Of a DNA stretch of 64,000 nucleotides, positions 37,739-47,911 are shown one piece after another. Source of the stretch: Pseudomonadota bacterium (GTDB lineage Bacteria > Bdellovibrionota_B > Oligoflexia > Oligoflexales > RGVZ01); contig JBEGVZ010000006.1 of assembly GCA_041178085.1 (NCBI GenBank), forward strand, positions 1-64,000, read 5' to 3'. The first letter of the stretch is position 1. Each line of letters opens with the position of its first letter. The translations under genes and the position numbers were made by a program. A model generated the notes under the pieces. The model made no database searches, was not told where the DNA came from, and saw only the letters and a list, made by a program, of their open reading frames with translations.

Positions 37739-39182
37739 GTTCCTCTCCTACGAGGACTTCCTTTTCCACCACACGATCACCAGCAGCGACGGATAGTTTG
37801 TAGCTGCCCGGCATCAACACTGCGTGAAAGGTGCCGTCTGCCTTGACCGGGAACATCTGGCCAGCGTCGTCCTGCTTGCCAAGATTGGTGACACGCACCA
37901 CCGCATCAGCTGTGTTCATGCCCGAGATGGACTCGACCCGGCCGCGGACGCCACTTTGGTTGACGCGGCGCAAAAGGAACTGCCACGCGGCGCGAACCTT
38001 CTGGACCGTCTTGTCGCGCCAGCTCCCATAAGCAGGCTGGAAGCCCTGGCTGGTGCTGTTCAGTTCGATCACATAGGGAATCACATTGAAGGCGTTGTGC
38101 ATCCAGTCAATGTCACCACCGTCGACAGCGTAGAGGATTTCCCAGGATGTGCCGGGAGTATAGGTGCCGCTGCTGCCGTCCTTGGGCAGAAGTTTTGCCA
38201 TCTCCTTGCCGCCGCCTTCGACCACTTCGCGCTGAGGAACACGCTCGCCATCACAGCTGTATGGATAAAGGACCAGTTCGCTGTAAGAGTGAAACGAAAT
38301 GCTATAAACCGGACGAATCTTTTCCACGAGCGCCATCATCGCCTTGGTTTCGTTCTCTGAACCTGCCGACGGTCCCCTGTAAGTGTCGCTGTAGGGGCTT
38401 CCACTTGAGCCATTGCAACCATTCCAGCGGTACGGATAATTGCGGTTCACATCGACCCCGTCAGAACCGCTCGTGTTCTTGCGCCACATGCTGTCTTCGG
38501 TCCAGACCTTGTTACTGCCGTCTGGATTCACCATTGGAACAACCCAGACTTCTGTCGTGTCAAGCCACTGCTTGATCTGGGCATCTCTCTCATAGCCTGC
38601 TGCCAGGGACTCGGCGGCATCCATAACCACTTCGACAGTCATGACCTCGCGAGCATGGTGAAGTGCGTTAAGGAACACGACCGGTTTGCCGTATTTAGAT
38701 GATTCACCGCTGGTGATCTTGATTGCCCACAGGTCTCGTCCTTCCTGCGTGCGACCGAACGACTCAACCGTCACCAGCTCCGGATAACGATCGGCAAGTG
38801 ACTGAACGGCGAAATCTACCTCGCCAGGAGTCTTGTATCCCTCATCCGGGGCGAGCCGGGCGTTGATCACCTTGGTGGCGACAACGGCCTTGAGCAAGTC
38901 GGCTGGAATCGGGTGCTTTGATCCAGCATGCTGGACAATGTCGACCAGACCCGTGACAGGATCTGCACCGGCGACATCATGGCCGCCCTCGACGATTTTG
39001 CGCATTTCGGTTTTGAAGTCCTTGAGCTTCAGCGTCAGGATCTTCGACTCTGCGCGGGCAAGTGGTTCCTCGTTTGCATGAGCAAAGGCGAGGTTGGCGG
39101 CAAGGAATGCCGGGACGGCCAAAGCGGCAATTTGTGTAACCATTCTGACGGAATTGAGAGCAAGTGAACGCTGGCGCTTCAT
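37713..39182 (-). CDS. Secreted M14 zinc carboxypeptidase (carboxypeptidase T-like)
   Basis: HARE, NPDG, WRKN, GVDVNRN, FHSY, IEL; signal peptide; C-terminal regulatory-like beta domain. Confidence 0.93.
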   Translation of the reverse strand: MKRQRSLALNSVRMVTQIAALAVPAFLAANLAFAHANEEPLARAESKILTLKLKDFKTEMRKIVEGGHDVAGADPVTGLVDIVQHAGSKHPIPADLLKAVVATKVINARLAPDEGYKTPGEVDFAVQSLADRYPELVTVESFGRTQEGRDLWAIKITSGESSKYGKPVVFLNALHHAREVMTVEVVMDAAESLAAGYERDAQIKQWLDTTEVWVVPMVNPDGSNKVWTEDSMWRKNTSGSDGVDVNRNYPYRWNGCNGSSGSPYSDTYRGPSAGSENETKAMMALVEKIRPVYSISFHSYSELVLYPYSCDGERVPQREVVEGGGKEMAKLLPKDGSSGTYTPGTSWEILYAVDGGDIDWMHNAFNVIPYVIELNSTSQGFQPAYGSWRDKTVQKVRAAWQFLLRRVNQSGVRGRVESISGMNTADAVVRVTNLGKQDDAGQMFPVKADGTFHAVLMPGSYKLSVAAGDRVVEKEVLVGEELIHVDVEM

Positions 39183-39450
39183 GCGACTTCCCTTTCGTGA
39201 GCGGCCGAAAAAAGGCACTCCTGACTGACAGGATGACCAGCTTCCATTCTACTGTGCCCGCCCCCGCTGGGCAAAATTTGCCCGGAAAATGACAAAAACA
39301 GGTTAAAATGTTGGAAAATAGTCAAATGAATTCGGTGGGTTCAGGGTGACCTGTCCAGGTTGCTAACTGATTAAAGAATCGCGGCAGGGACGTCGACTTT
39401 CTTGAAGAGGGGAAGGACCCGCGCTGAATGGGTCCGGGAGGTAAATTCCC

Positions 39451-40548
39451 ATGGCACATGACACATCGAACAAGCGCCTGGGGCTGGTCGCGCCCAAAGA
39501 CCTCGAGACCCTGATCAGGGACCTCGAAGCAATCACGCCTTGGCGTGGCCTGCTCAAGTCTGCCGTCGGATTTGGGCTTTTCCTGACTCTGGCACTCGTT
39601 GCGATCCTCAGCCCGTCGCCGCTGGTGTCGTTCATTGCGGCGTGCCTTGCGGGCCTGCTTTCGACGACTCTCCTCGTCATGACCCACGACGCGCTTCACC
39701 GCACCCTTACCGGATGGGCCTGGTATGACGAGCTTTATCCGATGGCAGTCAGTTATCCGCTGCTGTGGCCGCATCAGACTTACCGGGAAATTCACAAGAT
39801 CCATCACAAGATGAACGGCAATGACGAGAATGACCCCGAGCGCGTGCAGTGGACGGAAGAAGAGTACGCCCGCGCCAACCGCGTGGTGAAATGGTACGTG
39901 CGCAACCAATGGGTGATCGACATCTTTGTCATGGGCGGAATGGGATACATCCTGGCCACCTTGGCCCGTGCGATCCCGTTCTCCAGACATGTCAGTTCGA
40001 TACGCCGCGCGCTGTTGATCGATGCCGTCGGCATCATTGGCACCAATGCGATCATATACAGCATGTGTATCGCGTATGGTTACGGGCTCAAATATTTTCT
40101 ACTTTATTTACTGGTGGAAAGAATGGTCGGTGGCCTGCAGCAACTGCGTGCCCACACGGAACATTATGGACTGTTTGGCAGGGGCGCGCATTATTTCGAG
40201 ACGCAGATCTTCAACTGCCGCAACATCAACACGAGCCGGATCGTCAGCTACTTCTTCAACGGCCTCAATTTCCACTCCGTGCACCATGCGTTCGTCAAGG
40301 TTCCTTTTTATAACCTTGCAGAAGCCCATCGCAGGCTGGTTGCGGTTTACGGTGACAAGTTGCCGTTCCTTGAGGAAGACTCCTACCTGGGCGTTGCCCT
40401 GCGCTCCATCAAGAAGCCAATTCTGATCGGGGAAACTGACCCGGGCAGTCCGGTCGGTCAGGCCAGGATGAAACCCATCAACCGGCCCGCAGCAGAGGCC
40501 AGGCAAAATCAGGTCAGCGAAGGCGACAAGTGGAAGCGGGCCATCTGA
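39451..40548 (+). CDS. Membrane fatty acid desaturase family protein
   Basis: His boxes HDALH, HKIHH, HSVHH; GGAGG RBS. Confidence 0.92.
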   Translation: MAHDTSNKRLGLVAPKDLETLIRDLEAITPWRGLLKSAVGFGLFLTLALVAILSPSPLVSFIAACLAGLLSTTLLVMTHDALHRTLTGWAWYDELYPMAVSYPLLWPHQTYREIHKIHHKMNGNDENDPERVQWTEEEYARANRVVKWYVRNQWVIDIFVMGGMGYILATLARAIPFSRHVSSIRRALLIDAVGIIGTNAIIYSMCIAYGYGLKYFLLYLLVERMVGGLQQLRAHTEHYGLFGRGAHYFETQIFNCRNINTSRIVSYFFNGLNFHSVHHAFVKVPFYNLAEAHRRLVAVYGDKLPFLEEDSYLGVALRSIKKPILIGETDPGSPVGQARMKPINRPAAEARQNQVSEGDKWKRAI

Positions 40549-41666
40549 CAGAACGACTCGAACGAGAGTTTGCCTCCCGGGGACTGCTTTTCCTGGGGAT
40601 CGCGAACCTCGACGTTCGACGTGACCATGAACGCTTTTTGAAATGGCTGGCCGCCGGACATCAAGCCAGCATGAGCTACCTGGAAAAGAACTCCGCGCCA
40701 AGGCAAGACCCGCAAAAGGTTCTTCCGCACGCCCGCACGGCAATTGTCTTTGCGCTGCCTTACGCACAACACGATGAGAGTCAGGCTCTGACCGGCACAC
40801 AAAGCCCTCGTATTGCAAAGTATGCGCGCTTGAAGGATTACCACCGGATCATGTGGCGGGGTGGGGAAGAGGTCGTGCGTGCCGTTTTCCCGGGGCAACC
40901 CCCAGAAGCGACCAGGGTTTGTGTTGACACGGCACCGCTTCTGGAACGGGCGGTGGCAAGTAACACGGGGGCCGGATTCACCGGCAAAAATACTTGTTTT
41001 ATCGCTGGGGAAAAGGGGAGCTTCCTGCTTCTGGGGACGATCCTGACAACCCTGGAGTTGCCGCCAACAAATCCTTCAGCCAAACCACTCGCACGCGAAA
41101 ACTTCAATTCATGCGGGACATGCACGCGTTGTCACGTGCATTGTCCAACCGGCGCGCTAAGTATGGAAGAGGAACGCTGGGTGCTCGACAGCCGAAAGTG
41201 CCTGTCTTACTGGACCATCGAACATCGAGGAACGATCCCGCCGGAGTTCTGGCCATGGCTTGGTAAGTACTGGTACGGCTGCGACATATGCCAGGACGTT
41301 TGCCCGTTCAACCGGAATGGAGCAAAGCTTTTAAGACAGGACCTGATCCGAAACGTCGAATCCATAAAACTCAAGGATGTGGCCATGATGGACGACGCCT
41401 TTTACCAGGCGTCGTTTGGCGGGACCGCGATGACGCGAGCGAAAAGGAACGGGCTGCGGCGAAATGCGTTGATCGCAATGCACGTGACCAACGACCCCAC
41501 GCTGGAAGACGTGATCCCAAAGGTGATCGACGACGAAGACACTGTGGTACGCGAAACCGCCCGGGAGATAATCCGGGCGAAGTCACTGTCCGGCAAAGTG
41601 CCGGTCGATCGACGCGACGTCACGGCAAGTACGCCACAAGGGGACAAGCTGCCGAAGAAGGATTGA
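40530..41666 (+). CDS. queG: tRNA epoxyqueuosine(34) reductase
   Basis: IAKYA..DYH, VDTAPLLER, GKN, CGTCTRC...CPTGA, CLSYWTIE, GCDICQDVCPFN. Confidence 0.95.
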   Translation: MEAGHLTERLEREFASRGLLFLGIANLDVRRDHERFLKWLAAGHQASMSYLEKNSAPRQDPQKVLPHARTAIVFALPYAQHDESQALTGTQSPRIAKYARLKDYHRIMWRGGEEVVRAVFPGQPPEATRVCVDTAPLLERAVASNTGAGFTGKNTCFIAGEKGSFLLLGTILTTLELPPTNPSAKPLARENFNSCGTCTRCHVHCPTGALSMEEERWVLDSRKCLSYWTIEHRGTIPPEFWPWLGKYWYGCDICQDVCPFNRNGAKLLRQDLIRNVESIKLKDVAMMDDAFYQASFGGTAMTRAKRNGLRRNALIAMHVTNDPTLEDVIPKVIDDEDTVVRETAREIIRAKSLSGKVPVDRRDVTASTPQGDKLPKKD

Positions 41667-42482
41667 CGCCTGATCAATCGACAACTGAGCTTCCTTGTCG
41701 CTTTTTGCACGTTGCGGATCCGCATGAACCTCCAGGAAAAATCCTGAAAGGTGGCCTGTGGCCACTGCTGCGCGCGCCAATACCGGCGCAAATTCACGCT
41801 CTGCGCCGGAACTCTTTCCGTCGGCGCCCGCACCAGGTAGCTGGGTGCTGTGCGTTATGTCAAAAATCAGGGGCGCACCGGTGTTGGCCATCAAGGGAAA
41901 GGAACGCATGTCCACGACAAGGTTCCCGTAACCAAAGCTGGCGCCTCGTTCGGTCAGAGCAAAATCAGGTTCGAGGTTTTTTTCGCGTGCCGCGGCAACT
42001 GCCTTGCCGGCAATGTTGGCCATCGCCCCGGGCGCCATGAACTGGCCCTTCTTGATGTTCACTGCCCGTCCAGTCTGCACCGCCGCCACGAGCAAATCCG
42101 TCTGGCGGCAGAGAAACGCAGGGATTTGTAACACGTCACACACTTCTGCAACGGCGGGGCACTGCACGGTCTCGTGCACGTCCGTTAATATTTCCACCCC
42201 GTGACGGGACTTGATGTCAGAAAACCACTCCATCGCCTTTTCCAGTCCGGGGCCTCGGTAACCGTCAATGGCCGAGCGATTGGCCTTGTCAAAACTGCTT
42301 TTGAAAACCAGACGGAAATCCAGTTCCCGCGCGAGATCAAGCAAGGGAAGAACCACCGCATCAAGCAGTTCCCGTGATTCCGCCATGCATGGCCCAGCAA
42401 TGACAATCGGCTGCGATGACGATTGACCGCGAAACACCGGGGACTTTGACTGCCCTGTCCGGGCCATTTTTTTGTCAGCCAT
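41583..42482 (-). CDS. kdsA: KDO-8-phosphate synthase
   Basis: IAGPC, FDKANRS, QIPAFLCRQTDL, KKGQF, ERGASFGY, DITHS. Confidence 0.96.
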   Translation of the reverse strand: MADKKMARTGQSKSPVFRGQSSSQPIVIAGPCMAESRELLDAVVLPLLDLARELDFRLVFKSSFDKANRSAIDGYRGPGLEKAMEWFSDIKSRHGVEILTDVHETVQCPAVAEVCDVLQIPAFLCRQTDLLVAAVQTGRAVNIKKGQFMAPGAMANIAGKAVAAAREKNLEPDFALTERGASFGYGNLVVDMRSFPLMANTGAPLIFDITHSTQLPGAGADGKSSGAEREFAPVLARAAVATGHLSGFFLEVHADPQRAKSDKEAQLSIDQASILLRQLVPLWRTCRDVASIDRHFAGQ

Positions 42483-42675
42483 CTTGATAACACTCCGGTC
42501 AAAAAAACAGGCGAAAACACGGCTCCTGCCAAACTAACCCGACGACCATAAAAAACCAGTGAATTCTTGTCTTTAGGAGAACACATCAAAGCCAGGGAAT
42601 CTGAACTCCAGGGCCCCCGGGAATGTAATCACGGATGATTTATATCCACTGCGGCAGACCCCTGGGCAGAGGCAA

Positions 42676-43335
42676 TCAATTGAAAGCCGCGTTCAAAGAT
42701 CCGTTCAAGGCCTGCCAAACAGGGCCATTGGCCGTCAAAGCCGGCCAATAAAGCGTGTAAATGATGGCGGCACCCTGATTGTCTCCAGCCACAGTCGCAC
42801 AATCGACTGGCTGCCCGGTGTTGAAGTCGCGGGATTCGACGTACACTTCAGCGAAACCGCCCGCCCGGGAGAACAGGCTACCGGGCAGAGAAGAAGCCCC
42901 CCCGGGCGTCAATTCCAGACAAAAATAGCGATGGGCGTTGGCTGCGATTCCAGTCGCTGAATTTGGCGGACGGGGCATCGTGCATCGCCTTTGAGCCTCC
43001 GTCAGCCGGGGTGCCATGGACGCTGGCTGGATTCCCGACAGGTTGACTCCCGTCAGAACAGCGGTCGAATAATTCAGGGACCCGAGGGACGCTACCGCTA
43101 CCGACGAAAATGCGGTAGCAGGATCAAAGCAAGGGTTGCGGCGGAAAACCTGGATCAGCTCAGCATCGATCAGCTGCCGGTCATCCTGAGCTTCGCGTTT
43201 GGCCTGGGCCGGGTCCTGCGCTTTCGTTTCCGTGCTGTAGCTTCTGGCCAAGGCGAAAACGATGACTCCTGTGAGGCCAAGAAGGATCAGCCCAGCAACA
43301 AGGGAGAAACCACCCTTTGGCAACTTCCGACGCAT
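42676..43335 (-). CDS. Prepilin-like protein (PilX/GspK-type minor pilin candidate)
   Basis: GGAG RBS; MRRKLPKGG|FSLVAGLILLG class III signal-like, no Glu at +5; four Cys in the head. Confidence 0.6.
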   Translation of the reverse strand: MRRKLPKGGFSLVAGLILLGLTGVIVFALARSYSTETKAQDPAQAKREAQDDRQLIDAELIQVFRRNPCFDPATAFSSVAVASLGSLNYSTAVLTGVNLSGIQPASMAPRLTEAQRRCTMPRPPNSATGIAANAHRYFCLELTPGGASSLPGSLFSRAGGFAEVYVESRDFNTGQPVDCATVAGDNQGAAIIYTLYWPALTANGPVWQALNGSLNAAFN

Positions 43336-43477
43336 GCTCCTGCCTCCCAGGTCCAGTATTCCCTTAACCGGCCGGATACGCACCTTTTTTGGACAAAACA
43401 GGGCCAGCCCGGTGTTACCCGGAAGAGTCATCTTGACTAGGATGCTGTGTGTGCGTAGATACTTTGGGTCTTTCGAG

Positions 43478-43553
43478 GGCGCTTTAGCTCAGTCGGTAGA
43501 GCAGTGGATTGAAAATCCACGTGTCCCCAGTTCGATTCTGGGAGGCGCCACCA
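43478..43553 (+). tRNA. tRNA-Phe (GAA)
   Basis: GGCGCTT...GTGGA-TTGAAAA-TCCAC...TTCGATT...AGGCGCC-ACCA; TTGACT at 43433 upstream. Confidence 0.97.
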
Positions 43554-43597
43554 CTTAAACCAAACGTCTGGAAACAGACGAGACGGATATCAAGGAC

Positions 43598-43996
43598 GTG
43601 CTTTTGGAAACCCTGTTGACGATCATTCATGTCGGAGTTGCCCTGTTCATGGTGCTCGTGGTCCTCATTCAAGGGGGCCACAGCGGCGGCGTGGGCGCGG
43701 CGTTCGGCGGCGGATCTTCTTCAGGCCTCCTGGGTGCGACAGGTGCCACGTCACTTCTCGGCAAGTTGACGTACGGCGCAGCCGTGATTTTCATGGGTAC
43801 TTCGATCTACCTAAGCGTGATCGAGGGGAAACGCGGCGACGTGGGACTTGGCAAAAAACTGCAGGAAAAGGCAGCCGCCTTGGCTTCACCAAGCCCGTCG
43901 GCTGCTCCGGACTCTGCGGCGGCGCCATCGGCCTCACCAGGCCCGGCGTCATCCCAGCAACCCGAAGCTGCTCCTGCACCGTCCTCTGCTCCGTAA
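43598..43996 (+). CDS. secG: Preprotein translocase subunit SecG
   Basis: VLIQGG...GAAFGGGSS..LLG...LGKLT; two TMs; followed by tRNA-Leu(GAG), as in the known secG-leuU synteny. Confidence 0.93.
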   Translation: MLLETLLTIIHVGVALFMVLVVLIQGGHSGGVGAAFGGGSSSGLLGATGATSLLGKLTYGAAVIFMGTSIYLSVIEGKRGDVGLGKKLQEKAAALASPSPSAAPDSAAAPSASPGPASSQQPEAAPAPSSAP

Positions 43997-44028
43997 GTTT
44001 GGCGACCCTGTGTTTTGATCACCCCTAC

Positions 44029-44113
44029 GCTCAGGTGGTGGAATTGGTAGACACGCTAGTTTGAGGGGCTAGTGTCGAGAGACGTGCGGGTTCAAGTCCC
44101 GCCCTGAGCACCA
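44029..44113 (+). tRNA. tRNA-Leu (GAG)
   Basis: GCTCAGG...CTAGT-TTGAGGG-GCTAG, long variable arm, GGTTCAAGTCC, CCTGAGC-ACCA. Confidence 0.97.
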
Positions 44114-44164
44114 TCTTTCTTTCTTCTTTTTTGACCTGAACCGACCATCGCAAAAGCGACTCGC

Positions 44165-44199
44165 GAAGCCTTATGATATTTGAATCATTGGCTTTTTTT
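44165..44199 (+). terminator. Possible intrinsic terminator after tRNA-Leu
   Basis: AAGCC..ATGAT-loop-ATCAT..GGCTT followed by a T-tract; imperfect AT-rich stem. Confidence 0.35.
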
Positions 44200-44282
44200 A
44201 AATCGCCGACCCGCACAAAGCCAGACAAGATAGTCGAGAAATACTGGTAAAGATTACCCCAAATCTGACCGAGAAACCCAGT

Positions 44283-46502
44283 GTGGTTATTGGTGTCACA
44301 GATTTGAGGTGGGGTTTGAGTGCGATATTTCTATTAGCTTTATTGGCGATATCTGGTTGTGCTCAAGACAACACTGCAGTCATACGCTCTGGGGGCAAAG
44401 TCGAATTCCAGGACCCGAATGGTGGTAACGCATCAGGTCACACGACCGGTGGTTCGAACAACCCAAACGATAAACCCCCACCCGTCAACTATGCGTCAGG
44501 ACGGAAATCGGGTGACCTTCTTCCCCCGATCCCGCAGACCAACTTTGTTCCTGGCCGGAATTCGTATCATGGTACCGCATCATCCCGAACCAACGTGACC
44601 TACCTGACAGGCGTTAACCTGAACCATGAAGTCTTGGCGACCAGCCTGGATAAAATCGGCGTCCACAGGCTTTCGCCAGTCTCAGAAATCGCTGACTTGG
44701 GCCAATTTGGAGTTGCAATCGGTGGGTCGCTCTACCTCGCAGGTGATCCCCTCACCAGCATTCAAGACGCTCAGATGAAAATGCATGTGATGGCGATCAT
44801 CGACCCGAACGGAGGGACAACACTGATCGACCAAAACCTTGCCGGACGCACAGATCAACTCTTCTTGAACGCGGGTCAGCTGACTTTTGACGGAAACCAG
44901 CGCCTGTATTTCACATCCAACGGGCGGCTTCGGTACATCGACCTGGAAACCAGAGAAGTTTTCTCTGTAACCTCAGAAAATCTCACAGTCGAACGCTACG
45001 ACCTCGTTCCACCGTCAGGCAAGATTTACTTTCGCGCTAGATCATGGAGAACCAACGTTCGAGCTCTTTACGAACTGATGCCTGATCTGACAGCCCGTCC
45101 TCTGAGCACTTCCACCAATGCCTATTCATTCAATCAATCCTACTTGTGGACAGGGACTGGCCTTCACAGGGACATGAACACCTGGGAAGATTTCCTGTTC
45201 AAGTCCAGCCTGCAGCTACCCACAATCAATCGCCAGGCAACACAGACTGATATTGCAGGCTTCAAGGTAACGATGACCGGGGTAAAGGCAGCGACCATCA
45301 CGAATGGAATCCCGGTAAACTCAAACCTTGTGAGCTTCAATGGAAGACTTTCTTTCGATGGATCAAATCTCTTTAGCTACGAGGTTTCAGGAAGCCGGCT
45401 GAAGACAGTTCTTGAAAAAAAGATCAAGTATCCGCCCAGGTTGCTAAATAACTCAAATTTGGGTTTGACTGTCATGTCCGCGCAATCACCCGGGACAGCA
45501 AACAGTCCCGTATGGATCAGCATCAGTGGGACCTCAGACGGTCTGATACTGCTGCGCTACCTTGATTTGGCGAACGCTCCTGATCAATACCTGGTCAGCA
45601 ATTCATCCAATGCAGATAAAGTTCTGGACATCGATGGCAAGCTCTACCTGTACTCAAGCAGTCAATACTTTCTTCTGGAAGTTTCTGGCAGCACCGCAAC
45701 CGCAACCCCTGTCACAACGCCGCCCTGGTCCGGCTTCGACCTTGTCCATGACGGTAAGCTTTATGACTTCAGCGGAAACAAAGTCTTGAGATTCAACTTT
45801 ACGATGTCCCGATGGGATGAGCTGTTTCAGATTCCTCCTCCATCCGGATGTTCTTTGACCAAAAATTCAATTGTGGCTGGGGCCGACGGCAAACCTTTGG
45901 GGATCGTTCAAATCGACTGCGGAACGGTAAGGAATGTCTATGCCGTTGCCTACGTGGGCTGGGATAACCTGAGCTGGGAAACCTCGAGCAAGCTGACCAA
46001 CAAAATCTGGACCTCCAATTCGCTCATAACGTCGATCACCCACCTGATCAGCCGGGCAAACGAAAACATGATAAGAATTGACGGCAACATGCTGGTTCTT
46101 TCCGCAGAGTTGGCCAACCCAAAGACCATCGAATTGAAAAGCGAGAACATCGAAATCGCCGGGTGGACTGACGTCCAATTGCCAGCGGATTTTCACTCCA
46201 CGAATTCACTCAGTAACACATTCGGCCCCGAATCTGCGATCTTCATCGAATCATCCCAATCGCCCTTGCGCAGGATTTTTTTAGCCAACCTCAACACCGG
46301 GGTCGCGCGAGAGATCGAACCCCTCCGCGGCATCGATTTGATTGACTCCGTGGCCCTGTCGAGCGGCGAGTATTTTTTATCGGGAGAGAAAGATGGCGGG
46401 ACCTCTACGTCCGCAGTCATGGTCAAGCCGGACCTGACATGGCAGGCCGTGACACTGCCGGAGAGCCTCGACATAAGTCGGTGGGTGAAAAGGCAGCAAT
46501 GA
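44283..46502 (+). CDS. Large hypothetical lipoprotein, beta-rich (propeller-like)
   Basis: Lipobox ISGC; G/N/P-rich linker; repeated GxLY/KIYF/RLYF strands; lower GC than flanks. Confidence 0.75.
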   Translation: MVIGVTDLRWGLSAIFLLALLAISGCAQDNTAVIRSGGKVEFQDPNGGNASGHTTGGSNNPNDKPPPVNYASGRKSGDLLPPIPQTNFVPGRNSYHGTASSRTNVTYLTGVNLNHEVLATSLDKIGVHRLSPVSEIADLGQFGVAIGGSLYLAGDPLTSIQDAQMKMHVMAIIDPNGGTTLIDQNLAGRTDQLFLNAGQLTFDGNQRLYFTSNGRLRYIDLETREVFSVTSENLTVERYDLVPPSGKIYFRARSWRTNVRALYELMPDLTARPLSTSTNAYSFNQSYLWTGTGLHRDMNTWEDFLFKSSLQLPTINRQATQTDIAGFKVTMTGVKAATITNGIPVNSNLVSFNGRLSFDGSNLFSYEVSGSRLKTVLEKKIKYPPRLLNNSNLGLTVMSAQSPGTANSPVWISISGTSDGLILLRYLDLANAPDQYLVSNSSNADKVLDIDGKLYLYSSSQYFLLEVSGSTATATPVTTPPWSGFDLVHDGKLYDFSGNKVLRFNFTMSRWDELFQIPPPSGCSLTKNSIVAGADGKPLGIVQIDCGTVRNVYAVAYVGWDNLSWETSSKLTNKIWTSNSLITSITHLISRANENMIRIDGNMLVLSAELANPKTIELKSENIEIAGWTDVQLPADFHSTNSLSNTFGPESAIFIESSQSPLRRIFLANLNTGVAREIEPLRGIDLIDSVALSSGEYFLSGEKDGGTSTSAVMVKPDLTWQAVTLPESLDISRWVKRQQ

Positions 46503-46595
46503 ATTCCAACTTTCAGGTCCACCCCTGATTTGTTTTTGCGGTATCATCGAAGCCTTCGGAATGTGCGGCTCTTTATCCTGCGACCGGGGAAACCG

Positions 46596-47222
46596 ATGAT
46601 CCGTTTTTCAATCTCGATCAGCTTGTTGATGGTGACTCTGACTGCCCATGCCGCTTCCAGACAAAAGACCGTGCCGGTTGTCCTTTGCCTGGGTGACTCC
46701 CTGACGGAGGGGTATGAAATCAGCCCGGACGCGGCATTTCCGGCCCTCCTCGACCAGAAGCTTAAGGAAAAATTTGGCCCGGAAGCCCAGGCGATCAACG
46801 CCGGAATCTCCGGGGCCACATCCGCCAGTGGAGAAGGACGGCTCAAATTCCAGCTCAAAGCCACTAAAAAGCCAACCCACATGATCTTGGCGCTTGGCGC
46901 AAACGACGGACTGCGTGGACTGCCGGTGGCAGAGATGAAGAAAAACCTGGAGACCACCATCAAGCTTGCGAAATCATCGGGTATCAAAGTCCTGCTTGCT
47001 GGCATGAAAGTCCCGCCAAATTATGGTGCGGGCTATGCCAAGTCGTTCGAAGCGACCTTCAAGACAGTGGCCCGTGAACAGCAGGTCTCCCTGATCCCGT
47101 TTTTACTGGATGGCGTCGCAGCCAACGCCAAGCTGAACCTTGACGATGGCATTCATCCCAATCCGGCCGGACATAAGATCCTGGTTGAAACCGTGTGGAA
47201 CAAACTGGAGCCGATGTTGTGA
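46596..47222 (+). CDS. tesA: Arylesterase / SGNH (GDSL) hydrolase
   Basis: GDSLTEG, NAGISG, LGANDG, DGIHPN; signal peptide. Confidence 0.93.
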   Translation: MIRFSISISLLMVTLTAHAASRQKTVPVVLCLGDSLTEGYEISPDAAFPALLDQKLKEKFGPEAQAINAGISGATSASGEGRLKFQLKATKKPTHMILALGANDGLRGLPVAEMKKNLETTIKLAKSSGIKVLLAGMKVPPNYGAGYAKSFEATFKTVAREQQVSLIPFLLDGVAANAKLNLDDGIHPNPAGHKILVETVWNKLEPML

Positions 47223-47227
47223 GCAGC

Positions 47228-47911
47228 ATGGCAATCGCACTCAAATCAGTCAGCAAGGCGTACTCAAGAAACCAGCAAACAGTTCCCGTCCTGAGCGGAC
47301 TGGAGTTTGCAGCACCTGAAGGCAAAACCATCGCCATAACCGGACCTTCGGGCAGCGGCAAGTCCACCTTGCTAGGACTCCTCGCGGGACTGGATCACCC
47401 GGACTCGGGAACGATTGAGCTGGCAGGTAAAAAGCTGACGGGAATGTCGGAAGAAGCCTTGGCCAAGTTTCGCGCCCAGCACGTAGGGATTGTGTTCCAA
47501 CAGTTTCACCTGCTGCAGACGCTCACGGCACTGGAGAACGTATCGCTACCACTTGAAATTGCCGGCAATCGTTCTGCGCGCGATGAGGCGCTCAAGCGCT
47601 TGGAGGCCGTGGGCCTTTCGGGCCGGACTGGACACTTACCGTCGGAGCTGAGTGGGGGTGAATGCCAGCGCGTCGCAATCGCACGGGCGCTCGTCGTGAA
47701 ACCCAAGATCCTTCTTGCTGACGAGCCCAGCGGCAATCTGGACACCAGAACTGGCGAGAAAATCACGGAATTGCTGTTCGAACTGGTCAGAAAAGAGGGG
47801 ACCACGCTGATCCTCGTTACCCACAACGAGGAACTTGCCCGGCGGTGTGACCTCAGGTTCCATCTGCGCGATGGCAAACTTCACGCGGCTCCGGCAGGAA
47901 ATCTTGCATGA
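47228..47911 (+). CDS. ABC transporter ATP-binding protein (YbbA-like)
   Basis: GPSGSGKST, LSGGECQR, LLADEP, VTH. Confidence 0.93.
   Translation: MAIALKSVSKAYSRNQQTVPVLSGLEFAAPEGKTIAITGPSGSGKSTLLGLLAGLDHPDSGTIELAGKKLTGMSEEALAKFRAQHVGIVFQQFHLLQTLTALENVSLPLEIAGNRSARDEALKRLEAVGLSGRTGHLPSELSGGECQRVAIARALVVKPKILLADEPSGNLDTRTGEKITELLFELVRKEGTTLILVTHNEELARRCDLRFHLRDGKLHAAPAGNLA

Noticed and set aside
42592..42665. Possible riboswitch or ncRNA upstream of kdsA (CCAGGG..TCTG / CAGA..CCCTGG pairing)
   Set aside because: Short imperfect stem with no recognisable riboswitch, 6S or SRP motif; an Rfam cmscan would be needed to support it.
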